64,000 bases of DNA from positions 1 through 64,000 of the forward strand of contig JBGAIQ010000001.1 in assembly GCA_044225365.1 (NCBI GenBank), written 5' to 3'. Source of the DNA: Planctomycetota bacterium. Its GTDB lineage: Bacteria > Planctomycetota > B15-G4 > JADJEK01. The notes beneath the pieces are model-generated. The model did no database searches. It was not told the DNA's origin and saw nothing but the letters and a program-made list of their open reading frames with translations. Positions within the stretch are counted from its first letter, which is position 1; each line of letters begins with the position of its first letter. The position numbers and the translations under genes are program-made. Positions 30,003 through 41,214 of this stretch are shown here, one piece after another.

Positions 30003-31217
30003 ATGCGAAGTGCATTCGAATCGAATCGTCGCGCCTTCCTGAAGTCGGCGACCGCGGCTCTCTGCGTCGGTCCCAGTCTGTTCGCTCGCGCACTCGCGGC
30101 GAGGGGTGACTCGAGCGATGACCGCGTCCTGGTGCTGCTCGAGCTCGCCGGTGGAAACGACGCGCTCAACATGCTCGTCCCATTCGCGGACGATGCGTAC
30201 TACCGCGTGAGGCCGAACATCGCGATCGCCGCGAACGAACTCGTGAAGCTCGACGACGAAGTCGGCCTGCACCCTGCGCTCGCGAAGTTGAAGCCGCTCT
30301 ACGATGCAGGGAACTTTGCGCTCATCGAAGGCGCCGGGTACCCGAATCCGATCCGTTCCCACTTCCTGTCGATGGACGTGTGGGAATCGGGCGATCTGAA
30401 GGGTCGCAATGGGGGCACGGGATGGGTCGGCCGGCTCGCCGACTCGGCGTTCGCCGACCTCGACGATCCGAACGCGGTCGTCGCGCTAGGCCAAAAGGTC
30501 CCGTTCAGTTGCGAGGGCGAACGTTATCGGGCGGTCGCGCTCTCGTCGGTGAAGGCGTATCGCGTCGTGGGCGAGGATCGCATGGTCGAATCGCTCGACT
30601 CGGCGATCTCGTCGCAGAAGGTGAGCGAGCACGCGCGCAAGTTCCTGCGCGATGCCTACGTGAAGGCCCGCGAATCGTCCGAGGCGGTCGCGGCCGCCGC
30701 CGCGCAGTACAAGCCGGGCGCCGAGTATCCGAACAACAGTCCACTCGCCAGCGACCTGCGCACGGTCGTGTCGTTGATCGCGGGCGGCCTGAAGACGCGA
30801 GTCTTCGCGGTCCAGATGGGTGGATTCGACACGCACAACAACGAGGTTCAACGCCACAACCAGCTCTACACGAACCTCGCCGGCTCGCTCGCGGCGTTCT
30901 TCGAAGACTTGAAGGCTCACGGCTTGTCCGATCGCGTGATGGTGCTCGGGTTCTCCGAGTTCGGTCGTCGCGTGAAGTCGAATGCCAGCGGCGGTACCGA
31001 TCACGGAACTGCAGGGACGATGTTCGCGATCGGCGCAAGGGTGAAGGGTGGGCGTCACGGCAAGCGCCCGAGTCTCACCGAGCTCGATGCCAACGGCGAC
31101 TTCGTGCATACGACCGATTTCCGCAGCGCCTATGCGACGGTCATCGATCGTTTCCTCCGGTGTGACGCCCGAAAGGTCGTTCCCGATGCGCCGGGAAGAC
31201 TCGGCTTCTTGAGCTGA
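30003..31217 (+). CDS. DUF1501 domain protein (Tat signal)
   Basis: RRAFLK, LAGGNDALN, RSHF, GGFDTH, SEFGRR, GTDHG, DFRSAYATV. Confidence 0.93.
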   Translation: MRSAFESNRRAFLKSATAALCVGPSLFARALAARGDSSDDRVLVLLELAGGNDALNMLVPFADDAYYRVRPNIAIAANELVKLDDEVGLHPALAKLKPLYDAGNFALIEGAGYPNPIRSHFLSMDVWESGDLKGRNGGTGWVGRLADSAFADLDDPNAVVALGQKVPFSCEGERYRAVALSSVKAYRVVGEDRMVESLDSAISSQKVSEHARKFLRDAYVKARESSEAVAAAAAQYKPGAEYPNNSPLASDLRTVVSLIAGGLKTRVFAVQMGGFDTHNNEVQRHNQLYTNLAGSLAAFFEDLKAHGLSDRVMVLGFSEFGRRVKSNASGGTDHGTAGTMFAIGARVKGGRHGKRPSLTELDANGDFVHTTDFRSAYATVIDRFLRCDARKVVPDAPGRLGFLS

Positions 31218-31331
31218 ATCGAAGCGATTCGAGTCTCCGCCACGGCAAATCCGCGGGCATCGAAAGCTCTTCGCGCGAGCGACCGATAAGCAAAGTCGAA
31301 TCACCCTTCATTCGACCCTTCGGAGTTCGCG

Positions 31332-32732
31332 ATGTCGTTCACCGTTTCATCAACGTTCGCGCGGCGGTTGCGCCCGGCCGCGGCCGCCATCGTCGGCTGC
31401 GTGATGCTCTCCTCCCACCTCCTCGCGTCGCCGCCCCTGTCGCTCGCGCGCGTGCGATGCGCAGCGGTGGTGGCGCCCGACCAGCTCGTGTTCTTCGATG
31501 CGTCGTCGCCGGCGACGATCACGAGTTCGGTGACGCTCAGCGGGTTCCATGCGATGGGGGAGCAGATCGATTCGCTGTTCCAGGATCCGGCGAACGGGCA
31601 GCTCTACGGCTACGGATCCCTCTACAACGTCTACTCGATCGACGCCGCGAGCGGTCTGCTGCAGTACAAAGGCGCATTGACGAAGACGGGCACGGATACC
31701 CGCTGGGTGACGAAGATCGACCCGGTCACCGGGATCTGGAACGTTCTCGGCACGGCGGACGCGAACCTCGAGATCGACTCGGGAACTCTCGCGATCGATA
31801 CCGTCGGATTTGCGTGGACCTACCTCCTCGGCGATCCGTCGTACCTCCAATCGACACAGTTTTCCGGTTTCGCGTTCGACCACAGTCATCCGTCGGCGAG
31901 CGCGACCACGCGCTACGCGATCGATTTCGGTCAGGACACTCTCGTCTCGCTCGACGCCGTTCACGGCTGGGCGTCCACGATCGGTGATCTGACGTACGAC
32001 AGCGGCGACTTCGTGGGCCTCGCCTGCGGCCTCGACGGCTACCTCTATTCGTCGGACTTCGATTTCACGACCGACACGCATGTCTACCGTATCGATCCAT
32101 CGACCGGCGCCGCGACGCTGCTCGGCACGCTCGGCGGCGGCAACATGGTCGCGCGCGACATGATCTGCTACCTCGATTTCGCGTCGGGCGACGTCGATGG
32201 CGATGGATATTCCTCCGCGATGGAGACCGCGGCGGGGACGAGTGATTACGACGCCGTGGCGCATCCGTTCTCCTCGCTCCTGACCACGCCGGTCCCGGTG
32301 AACGCGTCGAACATGGTGAAGAAGCTGAAGATCAAGCTCCGCTTCGACAGCGCGAGCGCGGACACCATCTCCGTCTCCGGCAAGTTGCCTTCGGACGCCT
32401 TCTCCGCTCTCGCGGGAACGGAGATGTACGTCGACGTCGGCGGCTACTTCACGGCTTTCACCTTGAACGGACTCGGTCAGGGCGTTGGCACCGACGGATC
32501 GACGATCCTCGTCAAGCTGCATCCGGGGACCAGCAAGGCGACGTTCAAGCTCGATGTTCCTCCGACATCCGCCGCGGTGACCTTGCTCGACGACGGCCTC
32601 GTGAACTCGACCGTGTCGCATCAGACGCTCTCGATCCCGATCGCGGTATGGCTCGAGACGGGCGTCTACACCGACGATCAGAACGTACGATACGACGCGA
32701 TCGCGAACGTGAAGGGCACGGCCAAGCACTGA
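31332..32732 (+). CDS. Secreted DUF4394-like beta-propeller protein with Ca-binding linker and beta-rich C-terminal domain
   Basis: Signal peptide; DPANGQLYG...YSID, YAID..QDTLV, YRIDPSTGAATLLG; DVDGDG motif. Confidence 0.75.
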   Translation: MSFTVSSTFARRLRPAAAAIVGCVMLSSHLLASPPLSLARVRCAAVVAPDQLVFFDASSPATITSSVTLSGFHAMGEQIDSLFQDPANGQLYGYGSLYNVYSIDAASGLLQYKGALTKTGTDTRWVTKIDPVTGIWNVLGTADANLEIDSGTLAIDTVGFAWTYLLGDPSYLQSTQFSGFAFDHSHPSASATTRYAIDFGQDTLVSLDAVHGWASTIGDLTYDSGDFVGLACGLDGYLYSSDFDFTTDTHVYRIDPSTGAATLLGTLGGGNMVARDMICYLDFASGDVDGDGYSSAMETAAGTSDYDAVAHPFSSLLTTPVPVNASNMVKKLKIKLRFDSASADTISVSGKLPSDAFSALAGTEMYVDVGGYFTAFTLNGLGQGVGTDGSTILVKLHPGTSKATFKLDVPPTSAAVTLLDDGLVNSTVSHQTLSIPIAVWLETGVYTDDQNVRYDAIANVKGTAKH

Positions 32733-32868
32733 TCGCGCTCGGGACGGGCGGACGATGAGCATCCCGGGTCGTGGTCGAAAGCCGCGGCCCGGGATGCTTG
32801 ACTTCCCTCCCTCATGAAGCGAGAGTTCAGGTCCGCGCCCTTCGCGCGGAATGTCCCTTGGAGCCACC

Positions 32869-33096
32869 ATGGCGCTCGATCCCGAACTGCTCGACATCCT
32901 GGCCTGTCCGGAGTCGAAAGCCCCGCTCATCTACTTCGAAGCGGAGGGCTTCCTGTTCTGTCCGAAGTCGCGTCGCAAGTATGCGATCAAGGACGGCATT
33001 CCCGTGATGCTCATCGATGAATCGGAACTGCTCTCCGAGGCCGATGCCAAGCGCTGGGTCGACCAGGCCAAAGCGGCGAATCTGAAGAACGCCTGA
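32869..33096 (+). CDS. Trm112/YcaR family protein
   Basis: LDPELLDILACP...YAIKDGIPVMLIDE. Confidence 0.92.
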   Translation: MALDPELLDILACPESKAPLIYFEAEGFLFCPKSRRKYAIKDGIPVMLIDESELLSEADAKRWVDQAKAANLKNA

Positions 33097-33266
33097 TCGC
33101 GTATTCCAGCGCGAGCGGGGAGTTCCGAGAGGCGGGTGCGACTTCCCGCATTTCGTGCGCGCAACACCGCGATGCGCGATTCGCTTTTGAGGGGCAAGGG
33201 AACTCTTCGAGCGGGGGGTAGTCCGCCGAGATACGCATTCGTCGACTCCATGCGAGTCGTTCGATC

Positions 33267-33905
33267 ATGCGAATCCCCAGACCGAGATCCTCGATCATCG
33301 AAACCTGCACCGGAAGTCTTGCCTTCCGTCGGCTCGTGGTGATCGTCTGGGCCGCAGCGTCGGTCGCTGGCATCGCGGGATTGTCCCGTCTCGAGAGCGC
33401 GCCGGGCGCGCAGCGATCGGCCCCCACGAAGTGGACCGCGAAGCAGCTCGAACGACTCGGAGATCTCGACCATGAGCGTTGGAACCTCGTGGTCTTCGCC
33501 CATCCCAAGTGCCCCTGCATGCGTGCGACGATCGAGAACCTCGATCAGTTGCTCGTCGAGAGCGGGGATCGAATCGCCACGAAGGCCGTCTTCTTCCTCG
33601 ATCCGAACGCCGAAGCGTCGTGGGCCTTCACCGACACGTGGGACCGGGCGCGACGACTCCCGCGCACGAGCACGTTCGAGGATCGCGGCGGTGGGATCGC
33701 GGCCGACTTCGGCGCCGCGACTTCCGGCGACGTCTTCCTCTTCGATCCCGACGGCGCACTTCGCTTTCGCGGCGGATTGACGTCGGCGCGCGGGCACGCC
33801 GGCGGTTCGATCGGTGTGAAGGCGGTCCTGGATCTCGTACAGGGGCGGGGCGGCGATCGGTCCTCGACCCCCGTGTTCGGCTGTCCCATCGAGGAAGAAA
33901 GATGA
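33267..33905 (+). CDS. RedB-like membrane-anchored thioredoxin-fold protein
   Basis: N-terminal TM, HPKCPCMRAT, FGAATSG, GGLTSARGHAG, PVFGCPI. Confidence 0.75.
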   Translation: MRIPRPRSSIIETCTGSLAFRRLVVIVWAAASVAGIAGLSRLESAPGAQRSAPTKWTAKQLERLGDLDHERWNLVVFAHPKCPCMRATIENLDQLLVESGDRIATKAVFFLDPNAEASWAFTDTWDRARRLPRTSTFEDRGGGIAADFGAATSGDVFLFDPDGALRFRGGLTSARGHAGGSIGVKAVLDLVQGRGGDRSSTPVFGCPIEEER

Positions 33906-35767
33906 GCGACGACGACGTCGAGGCGATGCGCGCCGCGGAGATCTTCGCACGCTCACAGCGCTCGCTCCACGAACGAACCGACCGGCTGTTCGCGTGGCTC
34001 ATGGCGGGTCAGTGGTTCTTCACGGTTCTCTGCGCGGTGATGTTCTCTCCGCAGACGTGGGTCGGGAGTGCGAGCCGCATCCACATCCACGTGCTCGCGG
34101 CGACGGGACTCGGGGGCATGCTCGCGATCCCCGTCCTCTTCCTCGCATGGCGCAGGCCGGGTGAAGTCGCGACGCGATACTCGATCACGATCGCCCAGGC
34201 CCTGTTCTCCGCGCTCCTCATCCACGTGATGGGCGGACGAATCGAGACTCACTTCCACATCTTTGGATCCCTCGCGTTCCTCGCCTTCTATCGAGACGGG
34301 CGAATCATCCTGCTCGCGACGCTCCTCCTCGCGATCGATCACTTCTTCCGCGGGTGGCTGTGGCCGGAGTCGGTCTTCGGGCTCGCGGCGCCGGAGCGCT
34401 GGCGTTGGATCGAGCACACGGGCTGGATGCTCTTCGAGGACGTGTTCCTGATCTGGTCCTGTCGACGCGGTGTTCTCGAGATGAAGAGCGTCGCGAGTCG
34501 TCAAGCCGAGCTGGAACGAGTGAACGCGCGGATCGAGCACGAGGTCGAGTTGCGCACGGCGGAGCTGCGAGTCGCTCGCGATCAGGCGCTCGATGCCGTG
34601 CGGTTGAAGTCCGAGTTCCTCGCGAACATGAGCCACGAGATCCGTACACCGTTGAATGGCATCCTCGGATTCGTGCAGCTCCTCAGCGCATCGAAGCTGG
34701 AGACCGAGCAACGCGAGTTCGTGGCGACGATCGAGGAGAGCGGCGAGACGCTGCTCACGGTGCTCAACGACATCCTCGATTTCAGCAAGATCGAGGCCGG
34801 CCAGCTCAAGCTCGAGCACATCGAATTCGATCCGGCTCGGGTGATCGAGGGCGCTTCGGCATTGCTCACCGCGATGGCCTCCGCGAAAGACCTGGATTTC
34901 GTCGTCGAGACTCACGAGCTACGCGGATGCGTCGTCGTCGGCGATCCGACTCGTCTTCGTCAGGTGCTGCTCAATCTGATCGGCAACGCGATCAAGTTCA
35001 CCGAATCGGGCGGAGTGTCGGTGCGCGCGGCCTCGCAAGAACTCGATGCGAACCGAATCGAACTCGTGATCGAGATCACCGACACCGGGATCGGCATCTC
35101 GAATGAAGCTCGGTCGCGTATCTTCCAGGCATTCTCGCAGGCGGACGGCTCGACGACGCGGCGCTTCGGAGGTACGGGCCTCGGCCTGTCGATCTGCCGC
35201 CGTCTCGTCGAGTTGATGGAGGGCTCGATCACGTTGGTCAGTGAGCCCGGGTGCGGCAGCACGTTCACGGTGCGCCTCGAACTGCAGCGGGGGCGACGAT
35301 CCCAGGACGGCTCGGCGATCTCGGACGATTCGACGGAGCGACGGCCGAGCCGCGCGCGATCGCTCCGCGTGCTGGTCGCGGATGACAACCCCGTGAATCA
35401 ACGAGTGATCTCGGCCATGCTCCGGCATCGGGGTCACGTCGTCGACGTCGCATCCGACGGAGCTTCCGCTTTCCGAGCGCACGAGACCGCCCCGTACGAC
35501 CTCGTGTTCATGGACGCGCAAATGCCCGTGATGGACGGCTTCTCAGCGACGCGCGCGATTCGTGCTCGGGAGATGTTGAAGGGAACCTACACCCCGATCA
35601 TCGCGCTCACCGCCCACGCCATGCTCGGCTATCGTGATTTGTGCTTCGCCGCGGGAATGGACGACTATCTAACGAAGCCGATCGAGCAGGGCGAACTCGA
35701 TCGTGTGCTCGCGAAGGTACAAGAGAATTCGGCGACCGCGAAGCGACTCGAGGACGCTCCGGCGTGA
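33902..35767 (+). CDS. Hybrid sensor histidine kinase with RedC-like membrane sensor and receiver domain
   Basis: TM region GGRIETHFHIFGSLAFL; KSEFLANMSHEIRTPLNG, NLIGNAIKFT, DTGIGI, GTGLGLSI; receiver DDNPVN, LVFMD, TKP. Confidence 0.95.
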   Translation: MSDDDVEAMRAAEIFARSQRSLHERTDRLFAWLMAGQWFFTVLCAVMFSPQTWVGSASRIHIHVLAATGLGGMLAIPVLFLAWRRPGEVATRYSITIAQALFSALLIHVMGGRIETHFHIFGSLAFLAFYRDGRIILLATLLLAIDHFFRGWLWPESVFGLAAPERWRWIEHTGWMLFEDVFLIWSCRRGVLEMKSVASRQAELERVNARIEHEVELRTAELRVARDQALDAVRLKSEFLANMSHEIRTPLNGILGFVQLLSASKLETEQREFVATIEESGETLLTVLNDILDFSKIEAGQLKLEHIEFDPARVIEGASALLTAMASAKDLDFVVETHELRGCVVVGDPTRLRQVLLNLIGNAIKFTESGGVSVRAASQELDANRIELVIEITDTGIGISNEARSRIFQAFSQADGSTTRRFGGTGLGLSICRRLVELMEGSITLVSEPGCGSTFTVRLELQRGRRSQDGSAISDDSTERRPSRARSLRVLVADDNPVNQRVISAMLRHRGHVVDVASDGASAFRAHETAPYDLVFMDAQMPVMDGFSATRAIRAREMLKGTYTPIIALTAHAMLGYRDLCFAAGMDDYLTKPIEQGELDRVLAKVQENSATAKRLEDAPA

Positions 35768-35785
35768 CGCGCGATTCGGCGCGGG

Positions 35786-36904
35786 TCAGGGCGTCTGTGA
35801 CGTCTTCGGCTGGTAGTTCGGATTCCCGACCAGCACGTAGCAGTTTTTGCAGACCTCGGGGTAGTCGCGCGCGAACATGCGGCGGCGAAACTCCTGGTAG
35901 CGCGGTCCGTTCCAGATCGCCTCGAAGCTCTCCTTCGTGACGTCGCCCATCTTGAGCTCCTCCGGTCCACGGCAGCACGGGAACACCGCGCCGTCCGGGT
36001 TGACCTTGAGGTACGTCGTCGACATCGAGCAGTAGTTCGGGAATTGGCGCGAGATCGCGTCCGTGAAGCGCAGGCGAAGTTCCGCGAGCGGCGCCTTGTA
36101 ATGCTCCTCACGATTCGCAAAGTAGAAGCGGCCCTGGAACGGCGGGCGGAGTTCCAACGTGAGATCGATCTTGCGCGCTTCCGCGACCGCGCGAGCTTTC
36201 GTGAGCTCGGCCGCGATCTGCTCGTGCGAGACCTTGCCCTCCCAGACGAGGCTGTCGAACTGCGTGGAATTGGGGAGCAGTTCCTGGATGTTGCAGGCGG
36301 TGCCCCCGAGATCGGCGACGAGTTCGACGAACTTCGCCGCCTCGAACCAGTTCGTCGCCATCAACACGTAGTTGAACGTGACTTCGACGCCGTCCTGCAG
36401 CGCGCGCGGCAGCACGTTCTTCACGTTTTGCATGACGACGTCCCAGTTGGCGGGGACGCGGATCCGCTCGAACGTCTCCTTCGTCGCGGCGTCGAGCGAG
36501 ATCCAGAGCTTGTGCAGGCGGTCGCGGATCTTCTCGTAGCGTTCGAGCGTCAGCAGCGTGCCGTTGCTGAAGAGGTGCAGCCAGACGATGTGCTTGCGCG
36601 CCTGATCCGCGATGAGATCGACGTTGTTGAGCAGCGGCTCGCTGTTCGCCGACGGAGTCCAGTGCAATGTCCAGGGCAGGACGGAGTCGAGGAACTTGAT
36701 CCCGACCTCTTTGTCGAGCACCCAGTTCGGCTCGTCGTCCGACTTGGCGCACATGATGCACTTGAGATTGCAGAGATTGTTGAACGAGAACTCGAGACGA
36801 GTGGGGCGGCTCTTCCAGACCAGCGAATGCGTCGCAAGGTCCGAAGCGAGCGCGACTTCGTTGTCGAGTTCACGGTCGATCTTGGAGGCGGCAGGTTCCG
36901 ACAT
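35786..36904 (-). CDS. Radical SAM protein with SPASM/twitch domain
   Basis: CNLKCIMC; C-terminal YC...DGAVFPCC...IWNG...CKNC. Confidence 0.9.
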   Translation of the reverse strand: MSEPAASKIDRELDNEVALASDLATHSLVWKSRPTRLEFSFNNLCNLKCIMCAKSDDEPNWVLDKEVGIKFLDSVLPWTLHWTPSANSEPLLNNVDLIADQARKHIVWLHLFSNGTLLTLERYEKIRDRLHKLWISLDAATKETFERIRVPANWDVVMQNVKNVLPRALQDGVEVTFNYVLMATNWFEAAKFVELVADLGGTACNIQELLPNSTQFDSLVWEGKVSHEQIAAELTKARAVAEARKIDLTLELRPPFQGRFYFANREEHYKAPLAELRLRFTDAISRQFPNYCSMSTTYLKVNPDGAVFPCCRGPEELKMGDVTKESFEAIWNGPRYQEFRRRMFARDYPEVCKNCYVLVGNPNYQPKTSQTP

Positions 36905-36997
36905 GAGGCTCCATTGATAGCACGAAGCGTCGCAGCGGGCGCCCTCCAAATCGCCACACGCGGCACACCACGGGACGCGCCGCCGTCGACCCGGCGA

Positions 36998-37354
36998 TCA
37001 CTTCGCCGGCTTCGTCTTCGATTTGCCTTCGGAGGACGGCTTCTTCGCGGATTTCGCCGCGGGTGCCGCCGGACTCGATGGGGCCGTGCTCTCGGACTTC
37101 GTGGAGTCCGCTGCGGGTTTCGAACTCTCCCCGCCGCCCGAGTCCCGTTTTGCCGCGTCCTTGTAGGAGTCCGACCGATAGTCGGTGATGTAGAACCCGC
37201 TGCCCTTGAAGATGAACCCGCCGCCGACGCCGATCTTTCGCCTCAGCTTCTTCTTGCTGCACTTCGGGCACTTCGTGAGCGGGTCGTCCTTGATGCTCTG
37301 GAATTGCTCGAACTCGTTCTGGCACGCGTCGCAGACGTATTCGTAGGTGGGCAT
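36998..37354 (-). CDS. FmdB family zinc-ribbon protein
   Basis: MPTYEYVCDAC...CPKC...FKGSGFYITDYRS. Confidence 0.93.
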   Translation of the reverse strand: MPTYEYVCDACQNEFEQFQSIKDDPLTKCPKCSKKKLRRKIGVGGGFIFKGSGFYITDYRSDSYKDAAKRDSGGGESSKPAADSTKSESTAPSSPAAPAAKSAKKPSSEGKSKTKPAK

Positions 37355-37390
37355 CGCAGGCCTCTTGGAAGTGGGGAGGCGAGGAAAGGC

Positions 37391-37969
37391 TCAGGAGCTC
37401 TTCTGTTCGTTCGAGCCGCGCTTCTTGCACGCCACTCGCACCATCGCCGGACGGAGCAATCGATCGCCGATGCGATAGCCGCGCTGCCATTCGGCCGTGA
37501 TCGTGCCCGGAGCGACGGTGTCGGTCTCGTCCTCGGCGATCGCGTTGTGGAGATTGGGATCGAACGGTTTGCCGAGTGCCTCGACGGCTTCGACTCCGTG
37601 CTTCTTCAGCGCCTTCATCAGCAGGTCGTACACCATGCGCACGCCGAGGACGACCGGGTCGTTCTTCCGCTCGTCGCCACCGGCGCCGGCGAGGGCGCGC
37701 TCCATGTTGTCGACCGCATCGATCAAGTCGCCCGCGAAGTTCGTGATCGCGTACTGGCGCGCGTCCTGCAATTCGCGGAGCTGGCGCTTGCGCGCGTTCT
37801 CCTGATCGGCGAGTGCGCGCGCGGTGCGATCCTTCCATTCGTCCCGTTCCGCGGTGAGGCGGGTGACGGTGTCGTTCTCGTCGCCGTCGCGCGGGTCGGG
37901 TTCGCGTTCGGTCGCTTCGGAATCGAACTGCGAGGCGTCGGCTGCATCGTCGTCGGGCTTGCGCTTCAT
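37391..37969 (-). CDS. grpE: Nucleotide exchange factor GrpE
   Basis: [37 protein letters not shown]. Confidence 0.95.
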   Translation of the reverse strand: MKRKPDDDAADASQFDSEATEREPDPRDGDENDTVTRLTAERDEWKDRTARALADQENARKRQLRELQDARQYAITNFAGDLIDAVDNMERALAGAGGDERKNDPVVLGVRMVYDLLMKALKKHGVEAVEALGKPFDPNLHNAIAEDETDTVAPGTITAEWQRGYRIGDRLLRPAMVRVACKKRGSNEQKSS

Positions 37970-39111
37970 GGTTCGAACAACTCCCGTACCTTGTCGAGGA
38001 ATGATTTCCGCCGCGGGGTCGCGCTCGCTTCTTCGCCTTCGGCGAATTCGCGCAGCAGCACTTCCTGGCGCGGAGTCAATTTCCGAGGGACTTCGACCGC
38101 GACCTTCACGAGGAGGTTTCCGCGGCCGTATCCCTGCATGTTCTGGAGGCCGAGGCCACTCAATTCGAAGATCTTGCCGGACTGCGTTCCACGGGGGATC
38201 GTGAGAGGGGTGCGGCCCGAGAGCGTGGGAACCTCGACGTCGGCGCCGAGCGCCGCCTGCGGGAACGTGATCGGCATCTCGCAGACGAGGTCGTCGCCAT
38301 CGCGAGTGAAGATCGGGTGCGGCTTCACCTTGATGAAGCAGTAGACGTCGCCGCGAGCGTCACCCTGTTGTGGGAGTTCGCCCTCGCCGGCGACGCGCAA
38401 TTGCACGCCATCGGGAACGCCCGCCGGCACGCGAACCGTGATCGTCAGTTTCTTCGGGACACGACCCGCTCCGCGACACGCGGTGCAGGGAGTCTCGATC
38501 ACGCTGCCTGCGCCTTGACAGCGCGGACAAACCTGACGGATCGCGAAGAAACCCTGCGAGATCTGGATCTGGCCGTGACCGCCGCATTCGGCGCATGTCT
38601 TTCGTTTCGTGCCGACCTTGGCACCGGTGCCCGAGCACGTCTCGCACGGCTCGGCGCGACGGATGTCGACCTTCTTCTCCGCACCCTTGTCCACCTCGTC
38701 GAGCGTGAGTTCGATCTCCGCCTTCAACGAAGGGCCGCGCTCGCCGCGCCCGCGGCCGCGAAAGCCGAACATCTCGTCGAAAGGCGATCCTCCTCCGCTG
38801 CTCCCGCCGCCGCCAAAGATGTCACCGAACGCTGCGAAGATGTCCTCGAACGATGCGAAGCCGCGCGCGCCGCCGCCCGCCGCGCCCTCGAGACCCTTGT
38901 GCCCATACTTGTCGTAGATCGCGCGCTTCTGGTCGTCGGAGAGGACTTCGTAGGCCTCCGCGGCTTCCTTGAAGCGCTGCTCGGCCTCGGCGTTGCCCTT
39001 GTTGCGATCGGGGTGGTACTTGAAGGCGAGCTTGCGATACGAGCGCTTGATGTCGTCCTGCGACGACGTGCGTTCGACCTCGAGCACTTCGTAGTAGTCG
39101 CGTTTTGCCAT
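37966..39111 (-). CDS. dnaJ: Chaperone DnaJ
   Basis: [14 protein letters not shown], four CxxCxGxG repeats, C-terminal domain. Confidence 0.97.
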   Translation of the reverse strand: MAKRDYYEVLEVERTSSQDDIKRSYRKLAFKYHPDRNKGNAEAEQRFKEAAEAYEVLSDDQKRAIYDKYGHKGLEGAAGGGARGFASFEDIFAAFGDIFGGGGSSGGGSPFDEMFGFRGRGRGERGPSLKAEIELTLDEVDKGAEKKVDIRRAEPCETCSGTGAKVGTKRKTCAECGGHGQIQISQGFFAIRQVCPRCQGAGSVIETPCTACRGAGRVPKKLTITVRVPAGVPDGVQLRVAGEGELPQQGDARGDVYCFIKVKPHPIFTRDGDDLVCEMPITFPQAALGADVEVPTLSGRTPLTIPRGTQSGKIFELSGLGLQNMQGYGRGNLLVKVAVEVPRKLTPRQEVLLREFAEGEEASATPRRKSFLDKVRELFEP

Positions 39112-39209
39112 TCTGCCCGGGGGATTCTCGTTCCGTCGCTCTTGTCGAAAGGCCCCGGCGAGCAGGGGTTCGCTCACCGGGGCCCATCACGCTGCCTCGA
39201 ATACCGGCA

Positions 39210-40823
<1,614 letters not shown>

Positions 40824-40846
40824 CTATCTCTTTCCGGGTGCGTTCT

Positions 40847-41140
40847 TCAGGACTCGAGGCGCAAGAGGATCTCGCTCTCGCGCATGATCTTCACTTCCTT
40901 GCCGTCGATCTTGACGTCGGAGCCGGCGTACTTGCCGAACATCACGACGTCCTGGACCTTGACGGTCAGAGGATGGCGCTCGCCGTTCTTGCCGGACTTC
41001 CCGGCGCCGACCGCGGTCACGCGACCACGCTGCGGCTTCTCCTTCGCAGTGTCGGGCAGCAGGATGCCGCCGGCCGACTTCTGCTCGGCTTCGAGGACCT
41101 CGACCACGACCCGGTCGTCGATGGGACGAATCTTGACCAT
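40847..41140 (-). CDS. groES: Co-chaperonin GroES
   Basis: IRPIDDRVVV, GGILLPDTAKEKPQRG, FGKYAG. Confidence 0.97.
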   Translation of the reverse strand: MVKIRPIDDRVVVEVLEAEQKSAGGILLPDTAKEKPQRGRVTAVGAGKSGKNGERHPLTVKVQDVVMFGKYAGSDVKIDGKEVKIMRESEILLRLES

Positions 41141-41214
41141 GACAATTCTCTCCGATGCTGTTTGTATTCTTGGTTCGTGCGGACGGAATGGATCGAGAGT
41201 GAGGCGCTTCGGAC

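Noticed and set aside
35786-36904. NrdG activase for the NrdD-like protein
   Set aside because: It has a SPASM-type tail, lacks NrdG features and is 15 kb away.
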